NCBI GenBank assembly: GCA_016794595.1 | Contig: JAEUJN010000054.1 | Location: forward strand, 24,595-88,594 | Length of the DNA stretch: 64,000 nt | From: Kineosporiaceae bacterium | GTDB taxonomy: Bacteria > Actinomycetota > Actinomycetes > Actinomycetales > Kineosporiaceae | Direction: 5' to 3' | Position numbers and translations under genes: made by a program | Shown: piece after piece, positions 13,485-22,486 of the stretch | Numbering within the stretch: position 1 is the first letter of the stretch | How the letters are laid out: every line of letters begins with the position of its first letter | The notes under the pieces: generated by a model | Databases searched by the model: none | What the model was told of the DNA's origin: nothing | Seen by the model: the letters and a program-made list of their open reading frames with translations, nothing else

Positions 13485-13589
13485 CCAACCGCGTCATACT
13501 CCGCAGCCGACCGTCCGTACTCCGCTGCGGACGCCTGACATGGTTGTCTTCCGGGTGCGATACAACGCCTGCGGAGTATGAGCAGGTTG
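13485..13589. repeat. Copy C of the ~105-bp palindromic intergenic element
   Basis: The ends are CCAACCGCGTCATACTCCGCAG ... CTGCGGAGTATGAGCAGGTTG. An inner unit CCGTACTCCGC lies 21 bp from the first. The core TGACATGGTTGTC matches the copy B core TGACATCGTTGTC. Confidence 0.75.
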
Positions 13590-13600
13590 AGTGCGGGCGG

Positions 13601-14065
13601 TCAGCGCGGGTCGACGCGAAAGACCGGGAACCGGTCGGCGACGGCAGCGAAGTCGGCCAGCGGGCTGCCGGGTGCCACCGGGACGTGTGGCCGGCCACCG
13701 GGCACCGCGTCCAGATAGCGCCGCAGGATGGGTGCCCGCTCGTCGACGGCCACCTCGACCAACCGCACCGACCGGGGACGGCGCCACCACAACACGGCAT
13801 CACCCCCGGCTGCGCGGACGTTACGGGTCCAGTTGCACTCGCCGAGGATGGACACCAGGTACCAGTGCCCGTCGAGGTCGGCCATGCCCAGGGGAAACCG
13901 GGTCGGGCGGCCACTGAGCCGGCCGGGCACCTCGAGCGTCACCCAGCGTCGGGGCTGAAGGCCGAGCCGGAACACCCACGCCCACACCCGGGCGAACCGC
14001 CGCGCCGTGGCGTTGCCCCGGCCCCCCGCGTACAACTGCCGCAGCCAGTCCTGATGCCGTCCCAC
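13601..14065 (-). CDS. Deazaflavin (F420)-dependent nitroreductase family protein (DUF385-like)
   Basis: The C-terminal 154 codons of track ORF 13601..14431 read RPTRFPLGMADLDGHWYLVSILGECNWTRNVRAAGGDAVL. GTG 14065 is preceded by GGAGGGG. The family assignment is from memory of the motif pattern. Confidence 0.6.
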   Translation of the reverse strand: MGRHQDWLRQLYAGGRGNATARRFARVWAWVFRLGLQPRRWVTLEVPGRLSGRPTRFPLGMADLDGHWYLVSILGECNWTRNVRAAGGDAVLWWRRPRSVRLVEVAVDERAPILRRYLDAVPGGRPHVPVAPGSPLADFAAVADRFPVFRVDPR

Positions 14066-14193
14066 GACCAGTCCCCTCCACGCCACGGCGGGTCGGCCCG
14101 TACGGCGCGGTCCGCCGAGATCGAATCTAGGCCCCAGGGCGGAGGGAAACCCTCCGGCTGGCACCATGGAATCCGCGAGAAGAAGGGGGACCG

Positions 14194-15288
14194 ATGAGCG
14201 CCGGCCCTTCCGGCGGAAGACCCTTCCCCAGCGCGGCGACAGGGTTCCCGTCCGCCCTGCGACATCCAGGGGTCCTCGCCGCGCTGGCCTCCGCCGCACT
14301 GTTCGGCGTCGCGACCCCCTTGACCAAACTCCTTCTCGACCGGGGACTGAGCCCCTACCTGTTGGCCGGCCTGCTCTACACCGGCTCGGGTGCCGGCCTG
14401 GCCCTGGTGCAGGTGGCCCGGCGACGTCCACCGCCTCGGCCCGGGCGCCACGACCTGCCGCCCCTGACCGCCGCCATCGCCCTCGGAGGGGTGGCCGCCC
14501 CCATCCTGCTGCTGCTCGGGGTCTCGCACCTGCCCGCCGCCACGGCCTCCCTATTGCTCAACGCCGAGGGTGCCCTCACCGCAGCGCTTGCCTGGGCGGT
14601 CTTTCGCGAGCACCTCGACCGCCGGATCGCCATCGGCATGGCGGTGATCGTCGCCGGCGCCACCGTTCTCGGCCACCAGGGCTGGACCTCGACCGGCAGT
14701 ACCTGGCCGGCGCTGGCCGTCGTCGGCGCCTGTGCCTGCTGGGCTCTGGACAACAACCTCACCCGGCTGGTGTCGACCACGGACGCCGTCTGGTTGGCCG
14801 CGCTGAAGGGCCTGGTCGCCGGACCGGTGAACCTCGCCCTGGCAGCCCTGGTCGGCTCGGGCCGCCCGGCTCCGGTGACCATCGCTGTCGCCGCCGTCAT
14901 CGGACTGGCAACCAACGGCGTGAGCCTGGTGCTGTTCATCACCGCACTGCGACACCTCGGGACGGCGCGCACCGGCGCCTATTTCGGCCTCGCCCCGTTC
15001 CTGGGTGCCCTGCTCGCCCTGGCCCTCGGCGAGCCGGCGACCTGGACCCTGGCGCTGGCCGGTGCCCTGATGGCCATCGGTGCCTGGCTGCACCTGAGCG
15101 AGGACCACCGCCACACCCACCACCACGAGTCAGCCGCGCATGCCCACCCCCATGCCCACGACGTGCACCACGGTCACTCGCACGACGGGGCGACGGACGG
15201 CGTCCACACGCACTGGCACGACCACGACCTGCTCGACCACAGCCACGCCCACTACCCCGACGTGCACCACCGGCACGACCACCGCTGA
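14194..15288 (+). CDS. DMT/EamA-family transporter with a histidine-rich C-terminal tail
   Basis: Ten predicted TM helices in two EamA-like halves. The last ~66 residues contain about 25 His (HRHTHHHESAAHAHPHAHDVHHGHSHD...). Confidence 0.8.
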   Translation: MSAGPSGGRPFPSAATGFPSALRHPGVLAALASAALFGVATPLTKLLLDRGLSPYLLAGLLYTGSGAGLALVQVARRRPPPRPGRHDLPPLTAAIALGGVAAPILLLLGVSHLPAATASLLLNAEGALTAALAWAVFREHLDRRIAIGMAVIVAGATVLGHQGWTSTGSTWPALAVVGACACWALDNNLTRLVSTTDAVWLAALKGLVAGPVNLALAALVGSGRPAPVTIAVAAVIGLATNGVSLVLFITALRHLGTARTGAYFGLAPFLGALLALALGEPATWTLALAGALMAIGAWLHLSEDHRHTHHHESAAHAHPHAHDVHHGHSHDGATDGVHTHWHDHDLLDHSHAHYPDVHHRHDHR

Positions 15289-15293
15289 ACGGG

Positions 15294-16094
15294 TCAGCGC
15301 AGTTGCACCAGGGTCGTCAGGTCATCGCCCGGCAGGCCGTCCGTGGCGATGGCCGACACCTGGACGTCGGTCAGCGCCATCCCGCCGGTCAGCGTCGTCA
15401 GAAAGGCGGTGTCCGCCGCGTCCCGGCCGGTGGCGATGCGCACCATCGCGCTCCGCGGGGCCAGCGCCGTCGCGTCGACGACGTACCAGGCGCCGTCCAC
15501 ATGGGCCTCGGCGACGGCATGGAAATCCATCGGTGACAGCCCGGGCGCGTAGACCGCGGCCACCCGCGCCGGCACGTCCAGCGCGCGCAGCAGCGCCACG
15601 ACCAAGTGGGCGAAGTCCCGGCACACCCCGGCTCGGGCCAGGAACGTGTCCACCGCACCGTCGATGGGCCGGCTCGATCCACTCACGTAGGCCAATTGGT
15701 GGCCGACCCAACTGCTCACGCCGTCCAGCAGGTCCTTGCCCTCGAGCCCCGAGAACTCGGCAATCGCGACCGGACGCAAGGTGTCGGAGTCGCAGTATCG
15801 GCTCGGCCGTCGATGAGCGATCAGCTCCAGCGGGCTGACCGGCCCGGGCGAGGCCTGCCCCAGCACAGTGGCCGAGTACTGCACCCGCAGCTGGCCAACC
15901 GGTAGCCGGCACAGGTGCAGCCGACCCCCCACCTCTGCCGGGACCTCTTCGACCACAACGGGTTGGGAGTCGACCGTGACCGTCAGCACTTCATCGCGCA
16001 CCTCCGGCCCGGCAGCCACGGCAACGGCCAGCACGACCTGCGAAGGCTCGCTGACCTCACCCTCGATCCGGGCCGAGACCGTGCGGGTGATCAC
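15294..16094 (-). CDS. Transglutaminase-like cysteine protease-fold protein
   Basis: Cys-His-Asp core pattern: GVCRDFAHLVVALLRALDVPAR, then MDFHAVAEAHVDGAWYVVDAT. Confidence 0.75.
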   Translation of the reverse strand: MITRTVSARIEGEVSEPSQVVLAVAVAAGPEVRDEVLTVTVDSQPVVVEEVPAEVGGRLHLCRLPVGQLRVQYSATVLGQASPGPVSPLELIAHRRPSRYCDSDTLRPVAIAEFSGLEGKDLLDGVSSWVGHQLAYVSGSSRPIDGAVDTFLARAGVCRDFAHLVVALLRALDVPARVAAVYAPGLSPMDFHAVAEAHVDGAWYVVDATALAPRSAMVRIATGRDAADTAFLTTLTGGMALTDVQVSAIATDGLPGDDLTTLVQLR

Positions 16095-16167
16095 GGCTGT
16101 TGCCTCCCGAGGCGCCGCGGAGGCCGAGATGACCGCCAGGGTCGACCCTAGCCCGCGTTCCCCGCGA

Positions 16168-17505
16168 TCACCTGCCCACGCCGTCCTGGTCGTCGGTCAG
16201 ACGCGATCGCAACATCCGGAACAACACGGCACCCAGCACCTGCCCACCGACCACCAGCACCACCCAGACCGCCGCGAGGCCGTGACCGATCAGCAGACCG
16301 GCCATGGCCGGCCCGATCACCCCGCCCATCGTCCAGGCCATGCCCTGCAACGCGTTGTACCGTCCGCGCAGGTCCTCCCGAGCCAGGCTGTTCACCAGTG
16401 CCGGAGCCACGGGCGCCCACAGGGTCTCGCTCAGCCCGAACACGGTCATCCCGACCACCACTGCCAGCGCCGCGGACCACCCCGCGGTCAGACCGGACAC
16501 CGCCACGACAGCCCAGGCGAGTCCCCACCCGAGGGAACACAGGGTCAGCAGGGTGGTGCGGCGTCGTCCTGCGATGAGCCTCAGGACGACGAGCTGTCCG
16601 ACCACGATGGCGAGCGTGTTACCCGCGTACGCCCACCCGAGAACCCGTGGCGGCACCCCCGCCACGGTCACCGTGTACGCGGCGAAGCCCGCCTCCAGTT
16701 GGGCATACCCGACGGTCAGCACCAGCACCGAGATCGCGGTGAAGCGCACCAGTGCTCGATCGCGCAGCACCACCGACCAGGACGCCACGGGCTGCTCGGC
16801 ACGCGCCGCACCCACCTCGGGCGCCCCGGTGGCAGCCACCGACCCGGTGCCCCGGGGCAGCGCCAGCAGCACCAGGATGTGCACGCCGAAGGTCAGCGCG
16901 TCGATCAGGTAGAGCCGCTGGAAGGAGGCCACCGAGTTGACGTCGATCACCAGCGAGCTGATCAGTCCACCGATACCCAGCCCGGCGTTGAGGGTCATGA
17001 AGTTGACGGCGTAGAGCCGCTCACGCACCGGCTCGGACACCATCCGGGTGAGCAGCGCCGTGGATGCCGGCCACAGGCCGGCCGTCCCGATCACGACCAG
17101 CGAGGCGACCGCGAATCCCTCGGGCACCGAGTCGGCCCACCCGATGCACCCCGTGCCGACCGCCTCGATGACCAGCCCGACGATCATGACCGGGCGTGGC
17201 CCGAGGCGGTCGATCGCGGTCCCGAGAGGCATCGCCACGGCGAAACCCAGCAAGCCCATCCAGGCGAACAGCCAACCGACGGTAGCGGTCTCGAAGTGAC
17301 GAACCTCGACCAAGTAGACGTACAGATAGGGCAGGGTCAGCCCGCTGCCCACGGCCGAGAACGCGAACCCGACCAGGAGCCACCGGACCTGGACGGGCAG
17401 ATCACGAAGCCGCACCGCCGCCCGGGCCGGGACGGCGTCCAGGTTGGCACTCACGACCGGCCACTCTCGCGCATCTCCGGTCGCCGTCGCCAACAGGTTT
17501 CGCAT
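16168..17505 (-). CDS. MFS transporter
   Basis: 12-14 TM helices and MFS loop motifs (DRLGPRPVMIVG, GRRRTTLL). The start is moved to ATG 17505 (MRNLLATATG). Confidence 0.85.
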   Translation of the reverse strand: MRNLLATATGDAREWPVVSANLDAVPARAAVRLRDLPVQVRWLLVGFAFSAVGSGLTLPYLYVYLVEVRHFETATVGWLFAWMGLLGFAVAMPLGTAIDRLGPRPVMIVGLVIEAVGTGCIGWADSVPEGFAVASLVVIGTAGLWPASTALLTRMVSEPVRERLYAVNFMTLNAGLGIGGLISSLVIDVNSVASFQRLYLIDALTFGVHILVLLALPRGTGSVAATGAPEVGAARAEQPVASWSVVLRDRALVRFTAISVLVLTVGYAQLEAGFAAYTVTVAGVPPRVLGWAYAGNTLAIVVGQLVVLRLIAGRRRTTLLTLCSLGWGLAWAVVAVSGLTAGWSAALAVVVGMTVFGLSETLWAPVAPALVNSLAREDLRGRYNALQGMAWTMGGVIGPAMAGLLIGHGLAAVWVVLVVGGQVLGAVLFRMLRSRLTDDQDGVGR

Positions 17506-17543
17506 CGCGATGGTCCGGAGCGGGGCCGCGATAGCCTGCCCAG

Positions 17544-18488
17544 GTGTCGGGGCAGCCGTGGCAGGTGAACTGCTACGAGCCGCTGCTCGGTACCCGGGTC
17601 GACATCGCCGTGCAGGCCGAGAACCCGGACGCCGCACACCGAGCCGACCAGCGGGTGCGTGAGGCGATCGAGCGCCTCACCCGCGTGTTCTCCGTGTACG
17701 ACCCCGACAGCGAGCTGTGCCGTTGGCGCCGAGGTGAACTGGCGGCCCCGGGCAGCGAACTGGCGGGTCTGCTCCGGCAGGCCGAGTACTGGTATCGGAT
17801 GGGGCGGGGTGCGTTCCACCCTGCCTGCGCCGCACTGCGACGGCGCTGGCTGGCCGCCGAACAGGAGCAACGACCGCCGGACCCGGCGGAGCTGCGGCAG
17901 TTGACCACCTCGTTGCACCCCTTGCCGTTCCGGACCACGAGCCGCGACGGCCGGGTGCACGTGGCGCGCATCGGTGACTGCGGCGACGTCGATCTCAACG
18001 CGATCGCCAAGGGGCACATCGTCGATCGTGCGGTGGCCGCGGGCCGCGCGGATCACGCCGTGCGTACCGTGGTGGTCAACGCCGGCGGTGACCTGCGCCA
18101 TAGCGGCCCCGGGGACGCCGTTCCGGTGAACGTCGAGGACCCGCACCGGGTGGCCGACAACGCGCCCCCGATCGCCCGTTTCGTCCTCGCCGAGGGCGCC
18201 GTCGCCACCAGTGGGACCACTCGGCGGGGCTTTCGGATCGGGTCCCGGTCCTTCGGTCACGTCATCGACCCCCGGACCGGATGGCCTGTGGCGCAGACGG
18301 TGTCAGCCACCGTGCGGGCGCCGTCCGCCCTGGTCGCGGACGTCGTGGCGACCATCGCGATGGTGCTCTCACCGGCCGAGGCGGTGGCCTTCGTCGGGCG
18401 CCTGTCCGAAGAGGTGACCGCGTTGCTGATCGAGGGGGACGGCACGCAGCACGCCTCCACCGGATGGGCCAACGCGGTCAGCCGCTGA
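17544..18488 (+). CDS. apbE: FAD:protein FMN transferase (ApbE family), no signal peptide
   Basis: ApbE motifs DVDLNAIAKGHIVDRA, VNAGGDLR, AVATSGTTRRGF, GHVIDPRTGWP and ATVRAPSALVADVVAT. GTG start. Confidence 0.85.
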   Translation: MSGQPWQVNCYEPLLGTRVDIAVQAENPDAAHRADQRVREAIERLTRVFSVYDPDSELCRWRRGELAAPGSELAGLLRQAEYWYRMGRGAFHPACAALRRRWLAAEQEQRPPDPAELRQLTTSLHPLPFRTTSRDGRVHVARIGDCGDVDLNAIAKGHIVDRAVAAGRADHAVRTVVVNAGGDLRHSGPGDAVPVNVEDPHRVADNAPPIARFVLAEGAVATSGTTRRGFRIGSRSFGHVIDPRTGWPVAQTVSATVRAPSALVADVVATIAMVLSPAEAVAFVGRLSEEVTALLIEGDGTQHASTGWANAVSR

Positions 18489-19095
18489 GGGCCACCAGTA
18501 CCAACGAGACCGCGGTGCCGGCCGCCGCCAGCACCAGGCCGAGTGCGCGCGTGCGCTTGATCGTCAGCTGCAACGCGATGCCGGTGATCGACATCATCAC
18601 CAGCAACCCCGCCGTGATGTCGATGACCCACTTCCACAGGGTCGAGGTGTGCCGCCCCTTGTGCAGGTCGTTGAGCACCGCCACCAGCCCGCTCTTCTGG
18701 CTGGTCAGGGTGAACGAGCGATCCGCCAGCCGGAAGGACACGTCGGCTGCGTACCCGGGACCGCGATAGCTGATCGACCCCTCGCCGTTCTGGCTGCTGT
18801 GGTCGGTCACCTCGCCGGTGACGTGCTGACCGCTGCGCAGGAACTCGCTGACCGCGAGGAAGTCGATCGTCCCACCATGCACGACGTCCGGCGGGAGGGT
18901 GCCGGACACCGTGGCCGAGACGGGGTCCTGCCCGAAGGTCCAGGTGGGGTGGTTCAGGGTGATGCCGGTGATGGAGAAGAAGAGCACGATGAGCAGACTC
19001 GTCATCGAGATCCACATGTGCACGCTGCGCATCCACTTGCCTGTCAGGTTGCGCTGACGGCGAGTCTTCTCCCGCGGCGCGACGTCCGCAGTCAT
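18478..19095 (-). CDS. PepSY-associated TM helix protein
   Basis: KWMRSVHMWISMTSLLIVLFFSITGITLNHP, then LNDLHKGRHTSTLWKWVIDITAGLLVMMSITGIAL. Start at ATG 19095, 10 bp after the upstream gene's stop. Confidence 0.75.
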   Translation of the reverse strand: MTADVAPREKTRRQRNLTGKWMRSVHMWISMTSLLIVLFFSITGITLNHPTWTFGQDPVSATVSGTLPPDVVHGGTIDFLAVSEFLRSGQHVTGEVTDHSSQNGEGSISYRGPGYAADVSFRLADRSFTLTSQKSGLVAVLNDLHKGRHTSTLWKWVIDITAGLLVMMSITGIALQLTIKRTRALGLVLAAAGTAVSLVLVALSG

Positions 19096-19105
19096 GACCG
19101 CACCG

Positions 19106-19786
19106 TCACACCGTGTAGGAGACCGCGGCCGCGGTGAGCTCGTTGGACGGCGCCAGGGTCTTGCGCATCGGGCTGGCACCCAGCTCGATCGGCTCGCGGA
19201 TCAGCTCGTAGGGTCCGTGTTCCCGCGCCGCCTCGATGCAGATGAAGTACCCGCCCGAGGTGACTCGCCCGGCGCGGCCCGTACCGTCCCACTCGACGGT
19301 GTAGGAACCCGGCACCCGGGTGGGCCCGGTGTTCACCTCGAAGCCACCCGAGACCGTGTACCACCGTTTGAGTTCGTGCAGCCAGCGTTCGTTCTGTTGC
19401 ATGTGCCAGATGGCGAGAGTGTGCACCAGCTCCTCGCCGGCGTTCTCCACCCACACCGCGATGTAGGGGTTGCGGGCGGGCCCACGGCCCCCCTCACCGG
19501 TGGTGGCGAACGTGAACTCGACGGTCAGCCTGGCAGTGGCGGCCAGCGGCGCCCCGGTGGCAGCCGCAGGCACGGGGGCCGCCCCCGAGGTGCCCAGTGC
19601 CTCCGGCGCGGGAGGGGTCGAGGTCGCCGGGTCGATGGATGAGTCGGTGGGTGAGCTGACGAACACCTGGTCGTCCTTGTTCGAGCAACCCGCGAGCGCA
19701 CCGGCCGCGGCCGCCACTCCCAGGCCCTTGAGCATCGCCCGCCGAGACACCTCGGCATAGCGCGACTCTGTCGATCCCACCCACAT
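19106..19786 (-). CDS. Tat-exported lipoprotein with a DUF2271-like domain
   Basis: Twin-arginine signal with lipobox (SRRAMLKGLGVAAAAGALAGC). The domain reads NPYIAVWVENAGEELVHTLAIWH...WLHELKRWY...PGSYTVEWDGTG...GGYFICIEAAREHGPYE. Start moved to ATG 19786. Confidence 0.7.
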   Translation of the reverse strand: MWVGSTESRYAEVSRRAMLKGLGVAAAAGALAGCSNKDDQVFVSSPTDSSIDPATSTPPAPEALGTSGAAPVPAAATGAPLAATARLTVEFTFATTGEGGRGPARNPYIAVWVENAGEELVHTLAIWHMQQNERWLHELKRWYTVSGGFEVNTGPTRVPGSYTVEWDGTGRAGRVTSGGYFICIEAAREHGPYELIREPIELGASPMRKTLAPSNELTAAAVSYTV

Positions 19787-20001
19787 CACGTCCACTCCAC
19801 GGCGTCGGTCCCGGCCGGCTGCGGCGATCCACCGGCCACCCCGGCGCAAGGTAGCACCCGCAACTGAAGCGGCTCGGGGACTCCGAGCCACCCGGTCCGC
19901 GGCACCCGGAGCCGTTGACCTGCGTTTGACCACCGCCGAACGGGTGGTGTTGACACACATCACCCGATCGGGCCATTCCAGGCGTCATCGGGCCACCTAG
20001 C

Positions 20002-20871
20002 GTGGGCAACATGCTTCGCCCCACCGAGATCGCCCGGCTGCGCACCGGAACCGTCGAGTACCGCCACGAACACCACGGTCCTGCCACCGTACTGATCTGT
20101 CACGGCGGGCACCTTCGCGCGGAGGTCTCGCTCGGGGAGCAGCCCCTGACGGCAGCCGGGTTCTCGATTCTGGTGCCCTCGCGCCCCGGGTACGGCCGTA
20201 CCCCGACCGCCTGGTCGGACCCATCGCGGACGGCGGTGCTGCTGGCCGAGCTCTGCAGTCACCTGGGGATCGACCGGGTTGCGGTGCTGGGGATCTCCGC
20301 AGGGGCCCCGCTGGCCGTGGCACTGGCTGCGCGCCATCCCGAGCTGGTCAGCGCCCTCGTGCTGCAGTCCCCTCGATCCTCCCTCGCCTGGCCGGATCTG
20401 TTGACCCGGGTGAGCGGCGCGCTGGCCTTCCACCCGATGACCCAGATGCTCACGTGGACCGCCATGCAGGCCTCGATGAGCCTGTTTCCCGGCCATGGGC
20501 TGCGAACCACCCTGGGCGCCATGTCGACCCTGCCGGCCCACCAGGTGGTGGCCGATCTGACCCCGGCCGAGAGGGCCGCCGTCCAGCGACTGTTCCGGGT
20601 CATGAGGTCCGACCAGGGGTTCCAGCTGGACCTGGAGCTCTCCCCCGACCCGCACCTGGAGGCGGCGGTCAGCCAGCCGACCCTGGTGGTCGCCTCCCCC
20701 ACGGATGCCGCGGTCCCCTACAAGCACGCGCAGCATCTGGCCCGCGCGATCCCGGACTCGACATTGTGGCCCAGTCCCTCGCTCAGCCACCTGATCTGGT
20801 ACGGCACCGGCGCCCGGGCGACCGCGCAGCGCACGGTGGACTTCCTCGCCCGGGCGCCGCTGAACCGGTAG
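20002..20871 (+). CDS. Alpha/beta hydrolase
   Basis: Nucleophile elbow GISAG, HGG oxyanion region and C-terminal His. An alternative start is ATG 20011. Confidence 0.75.
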   Translation: MGNMLRPTEIARLRTGTVEYRHEHHGPATVLICHGGHLRAEVSLGEQPLTAAGFSILVPSRPGYGRTPTAWSDPSRTAVLLAELCSHLGIDRVAVLGISAGAPLAVALAARHPELVSALVLQSPRSSLAWPDLLTRVSGALAFHPMTQMLTWTAMQASMSLFPGHGLRTTLGAMSTLPAHQVVADLTPAERAAVQRLFRVMRSDQGFQLDLELSPDPHLEAAVSQPTLVVASPTDAAVPYKHAQHLARAIPDSTLWPSPSLSHLIWYGTGARATAQRTVDFLARAPLNR

Positions 20872-20892
20872 CCCGCAGGAGTGCCGAGAGGA

Positions 20893-21819
20893 TCAGCCGG
20901 CGGCCACCTGCTGCCGGCCTTCCTGGGCGGGAACCGCCTGCTGGCCCGCCAGCCGCTGACCGGCCCGGTGCTCACGCACGGAGTAGGCCACCGCACCCGC
21001 CCAGAGGGTCCAGATCAGCGCGTAGACCGTCCACATCACCGGTGACGATGCCTCGACCCAGTCGCTGTGCAGCAGCGTGCGGGTGTTGGTGAGCACGATC
21101 AGTCCGCCCACGGCCGACCCCAGCACGCGGGGCGGCAGGTGCCGTACCAGCCAGGCCGCAATCGGGGCCGCGATCGCGCCACCGATCAGCAGCCCGAGCA
21201 CCCAGGTGAGTTCGATCCCCTGAGTTCCCAGGGCGGCGAGGAACCCGAGGCTGGCAGCCAGCGCCACCAGGAACTCGCTGGTGTCGATCGAACCGATCAC
21301 CCGGCGCGGCTCCAGGCGGCCGCTGGCCAGGATCGCCGGGGTGCCGACCGGCCCCCAGCCACCGCCACCGGTGGCGTCGACGAAACCGGCGAACAGCCCC
21401 AGGGGAGCCAGGAACCGGGCCCGCAGCGGGTGGCCCAGCCGGTCGTGGCGCAGCCCTCGCACCGTGAAGCGGATCAGCACGTACAGGCCCAACGTGAGCA
21501 GCACCATCGACATCAACGGCTTGGCCACGGACGTGTCGAGGTGGGAGAGCACGGTGGCCCCGGCGAAGGCGCCCACGGCCCCGGGCAGGCCGACCTTGAG
21601 CACCACAGCCCAGTCCACGTTGCCGAACTTCCAGTGCGAGGCACCCGAGATCAGCGTTGTGCCGATCTCGGCCAGGTGCACCGTGGCCGATGCCGCGGCA
21701 GGGCTCGTACCCAGGGCGAGCAGCAGGGTGGACGACGTCACGCCGTAGGCCATGCCGAGACTGCCGTCCACCAATTGGGCACCCAACCCGACCAGGGCGA
21801 GCAGGACGAGCTTGTGCAT
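20893..21819 (-). CDS. TauE/SafE (TSUP) family anion exporter
   Basis: Eight TM helices and typical duplicated halves (VDGSLGMAYGV ... VDATGGGGWGPV). Confidence 0.85.
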   Translation of the reverse strand: MHKLVLLALVGLGAQLVDGSLGMAYGVTSSTLLLALGTSPAAASATVHLAEIGTTLISGASHWKFGNVDWAVVLKVGLPGAVGAFAGATVLSHLDTSVAKPLMSMVLLTLGLYVLIRFTVRGLRHDRLGHPLRARFLAPLGLFAGFVDATGGGGWGPVGTPAILASGRLEPRRVIGSIDTSEFLVALAASLGFLAALGTQGIELTWVLGLLIGGAIAAPIAAWLVRHLPPRVLGSAVGGLIVLTNTRTLLHSDWVEASSPVMWTVYALIWTLWAGAVAYSVREHRAGQRLAGQQAVPAQEGRQQVAAG

Positions 21820-21945
21820 TCGAGTCTCCCCGTTGCCGACTGTTTCAGTGAATCCTATGGGTTAAGTAGGGAATAGTCGAGCACCGAGCTCACTGTGCAC
21901 CCGTTCGGCGGACCATCTGCCCACTCCAGGTGCCAGGATGTGCCC

Positions 21946-22410
21946 GTGGACATCTCGGCCAAGACCGATTACGCCGTGCGAGCCCTGCTCACCCTCGCGG
22001 ACGCGCAGCGCACGGATGCTCGCCCCGTTCCGGCCGAGGTCCTGGCCGAGCAGCAGGACCTGCCGCGCAAGTTCCTGGAGGCCATCCTGGCCGACCTGCG
22101 GCGGGCCGGTCTGGTCACCAGCGTTCGCGGAGCAGCCGGCGGGTACCGGCTCGCGCGGCCCGCGGGGCAGATCCTGCTCGGCGCCGTGTTCCGCGCCGTG
22201 GACGGGCCGCTCGCCGAGGTGCGCGGGCTACGACCGCACGAGACCGCCTACACGGGCGCGGCGCAGCACCTGCCGACGGTGTGGGTCGCCGTCCGGGCGA
22301 GCCTGCGGCGGGTGCTCGACGAGGTCAGCGTGGAGGACGTGCTCTCGGGCAAGCTGCCTGCCCACGTACGGCGACTACTCGCCGCCGAGGACGCCTGGGC
22401 CAGCCGCTGA
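21946..22410 (+). CDS. Rrf2-family transcriptional regulator
   Basis: VDISAKTDYAVRALLTLA ... LPRKFLEAILADLRRAGLVTSVRGAAGGYRLARP. A GTG start at 21946 gives the canonical N-terminus; the track ORF starts at 21895. Confidence 0.85.
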   Translation: MDISAKTDYAVRALLTLADAQRTDARPVPAEVLAEQQDLPRKFLEAILADLRRAGLVTSVRGAAGGYRLARPAGQILLGAVFRAVDGPLAEVRGLRPHETAYTGAAQHLPTVWVAVRASLRRVLDEVSVEDVLSGKLPAHVRRLLAAEDAWASR

Positions 22411-22440
22411 CCCCGCCCGCCCGGCGAATGACACAGCTGA

Positions 22441-22476
22441 GTGGGGTTCACCACCGACTTCGGTGGTGAACCCCAC
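22441..22476. terminator. Hairpin between the Rrf2 gene and the dctA remnant
   Basis: Perfect 17-bp inverted repeat GTGGGGTTCACCACCGA / TCGGTGGTGAACCCCAC around a 2-nt centre. Confidence 0.65.
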
Positions 22477-22486
22477 ACAGTCCGGC

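Noticed and set aside
19846-19864. Possible IdeR/DtxR iron box upstream of the DUF2271-PepSY operon (GCAAGGTAGCACCCGCAAC)
   Set aside because: Only the AGGTAGC half resembles the TTAGGTTAGCCTAACCTAA consensus. There is no dyad symmetry, so the match is too weak.
19950-20011. TTGACA box and TAGCGT hexamer upstream of the alpha/beta hydrolase (a possible leaderless promoter)
   Set aside because: The two hexamers are 43 bp apart, so they cannot form one promoter. The -10-like hexamer alone is not convincing.
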